From Massalongia carnosa (lineage: Eukaryota), in the NCBI GenBank assembly GCA_965645245.1, contig OZ287077.1, positions 186,001 through 250,000 on the forward strand: 64,000 bases of DNA. The letters run 5' to 3'. The notes under the pieces were generated by a model. The model was not told the DNA's origin and did not search any database. It worked only from the letters and a program-made list of their open reading frames with translations. Position numbers and translations under genes: made by a program. Positions 62,101-64,000 of this stretch are shown here, piece after piece. Positions within the stretch are counted from its first letter, which is position 1. The number at the start of each line of letters is the position of its first letter.

Positions 62101-62910
62101 ATAAATCTGAATGATCGAGATATGCAAACAGGTTAAGCAATTTTGCAGCGCTCGCGTCATTACGTTGCACATATTCATAGGAAATGGTGTACGTAGATAA
62201 AATGCTACGAGGATAATCTTTTAATCGGGTCGTTTTGTTGTTGTGAAGCTTCTCCCAAGTCTATTCATAGTATCGAATATAGTCGTTCACACTTGTAGTC
62301 GTTCCGTGGATATAGGAGCCTGCATGAGCAAGTGCCAGTGGGAGACCACCCACTTTCTCGACGATCCTATCAAGGCCTATAAAATGCTTAGTAAATTGGA
62401 TTAAGACTGTTGCTGGAATTTCATTACCTTCAACTGATCGTCCTATCCTGCATCGTAATACTTCTGCTCCTTGTAGATCGCTCATCCTTCCAAGTTGCCG
62501 GTCCTGCCCGTGTTGTCGAAGCTGTCGTAATCGGCTTGTGATTAAAATAGCGCCATGATCGGCTTCCGGGAAAAAATCTTCCACATCATATGATTGAGGA
62601 TCATTTACCTCAGGGGAATTATCACGATCGACATTATCGAAAATGAGAAGCCATTGATTGCTTTCATGTTGACTGAACCAAATAAGAATATTGCTAATGA
62701 TTTCATCTAGCTCTTCAGGGGATGTTTTAGAGAATTTTCTACATGAATCCGGAATCTGATCTGGGGGTAATTGCCGAGCAATCTGTGCAAGACTTTGACG
62801 TACACTTTCCTTACTTTCGCCGTTTAGCCAAAAAATAGAACTGAAAATCTTCTGTGATCTTTGAGCGAACTCGATCGCTAGCTGAGTTTTGCCGGAGCCG
62901 CCCAGTCCGT
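59199..62910 (-). pseudogene. NLR-type gene, NB-ARC plus TPR array; N-terminal part displaced by a transposon
   Basis: P-loop GLGGSGKTQLA, Walker B WLLIFDNVD, ILITSR, GLPLAL; TPR array with stops and frameshifts. Confidence 0.92.
59230..61680 (-). repeat. About 20 highly similar 126-bp (42-aa) TPR repeats
   Basis: aatgcccgca recurs 20 times at about 126-bp spacing; consensus EAEEMYLRALTG.EKAWGPDHTSTL.TVNNLG.LY..QGK. Confidence 0.95.
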
Positions 62911-64000
62911 CACGCGGGGGACAAAAAAAAAACTACACCAAAATTTAACCGGGTTCAACCCCCCACCAAAACACAAGCAATTTCCATACAATTTTGATGG
63001 GATAATCACCATTTCAACAACCAGTCATCCAATTCATTCAATCTATTCAATAACCAGTCATTTTACCCTCACCATCCAAAACAGCTCTCAATCTATCTGG
63101 CATAGTAGACACCCGTTCATTGATAAATGCCTGGGAAACGTTCGCCCACCCCTCATAAATTAGCCCCTTGGTCGTATCATCATCCCAATGAGGATATTTT
63201 TTTAAATATTGCTTCGGGGCCTGCCAGCAATTTTCTATGGGGGCCAAATCAGGTGAACATGGACAGTTGAAATAGTGCTTCAGATCGTTGTTCTGCTTCC
63301 AAGTGCGTACAATGTTTGATTTGCCTGGTCCATGTCCAGAATCACCGTCTTCTTCTAAGACGAAATCGTGTTTTGCTTCAATCCAGGGCTTCACAATAGG
63401 CTCCAATATAGAGTCGATATAGACTCGTTGACTCATCTTTCCATTGGAGTTTCCAGGAACTCTGTAAAAGTAGATATCTGACTTGAAGTCATGACCTGCA
63501 GCAGCCCAACAGTGATGTCTCTTCTTGACGGCCTCGTCTGGTTCATCTGCTTCTTGAATACAATCATGACAATAACGTTCACCTAATCTTCGTATGATGC
63601 GTAATTTGCCCTGAGGTCCCCATCCAAAGTGCACTTCGTCACTAAATCGAACTTGTTTCCAGTCTTCTGCATTTGGATATCTAGAAAGCATAGCATCTGA
63701 CCACTTCATACGAAGCTTTCTTGTCTTCTCGTTCACCCATCCCTTTCTGCACGCAATGCATTTGTGATAATCCATGGTGCCCATGATTCGTTGAATGGTT
63801 TTGCCACTGCAGTCTAGGCCTACTTCGAAGCCCAATTGCTCCCATGTAAGAGCGCGCGCCTCCATACCTTCTTCTTCCAATAGCCGTTCCATTTCTCTAA
63901 TCAATTTAGGCGTAACAATTTTGTGACGCCCACGAGCTTCAGAAACATCGGAATTATTATGATGACGGCGTGATGAGGCTCCTTCACGCAGGTATGCATA
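62911..64000 (-). mobile_element. Tc1/IS630-like DNA transposon (DD37E), runs off the window end
   Basis: Transposase ORF with terminus CACGCGGGGGACAAAA abutting the NLR P-loop. Confidence 0.85.
63047..64000 (-). CDS. Tc1-like DDE transposase (5' end outside the window)
   Basis: FSDEVHF, EEDGDSGHG, SPDLAPIE; 37 residues between the second D and the E. Confidence 0.88.
   Translation of the reverse strand, partial: YAYLREGASSRRHHNNSDVSEARGRHKIVTPKLIREMERLLEEEGMEARALTWEQLGFEVGLDCSGKTIQRIMGTMDYHKCIACRKGWVNEKTRKLRMKWSDAMLSRYPNAEDWKQVRFSDEVHFGWGPQGKLRIIRRLGERYCHDCIQEADEPDEAVKKRHHCWAAAGHDFKSDIYFYRVPGNSNGKMSQRVYIDSILEPIVKPWIEAKHDFVLEEDGDSGHGPGKSNIVRTWKQNNDLKHYFNCPCSPDLAPIENCWQAPKQYLKKYPHWDDDTTKGLIYEGWANVSQAFINERVSTMPDRLRAVLDGEGKMTGY

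Noticed and set aside
1..64000. Starship giant transposon call
   Set aside because: The gene content is cargo-like, but no DUF3435 tyrosine recombinase or boundary is visible here.

Overview
Fungal (filamentous ascomycete-like) transposon-dense accessory region. Most of the window is nested mobile DNA: two Gypsy elements, four Copia elements (one fully intact), several solo LTRs, two Tad-like LINEs, and PIF/Harbinger, hAT-MITE, pogo/Fot1, MULE, piggyBac and Tc1-like DNA transposons. Many copies carry premature stops of the TGG>TAG and CAG>TAG type, compatible with mild RIP-like mutation. Host genes are few: an MFS sugar transporter, a cytochrome P450 pseudogene, a broken NB-ARC-TPR NLR with about 20 near-identical 126-bp repeats, and a compact, intact three-gene module at 15865-18615. 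That module encodes an AbiEii/MenT-like nucleotidyltransferase, a calcineurin-like metallophosphoesterase and a catalytically degenerate second nucleotidyltransferase-fold protein. The two NTase-fold genes share an intron position and upstream motifs. The module is the best candidate here for an undescribed nucleotide-based toxin/antidote or defence system, but that function is inference only. All family assignments come from motif reading by eye, not from database searches.
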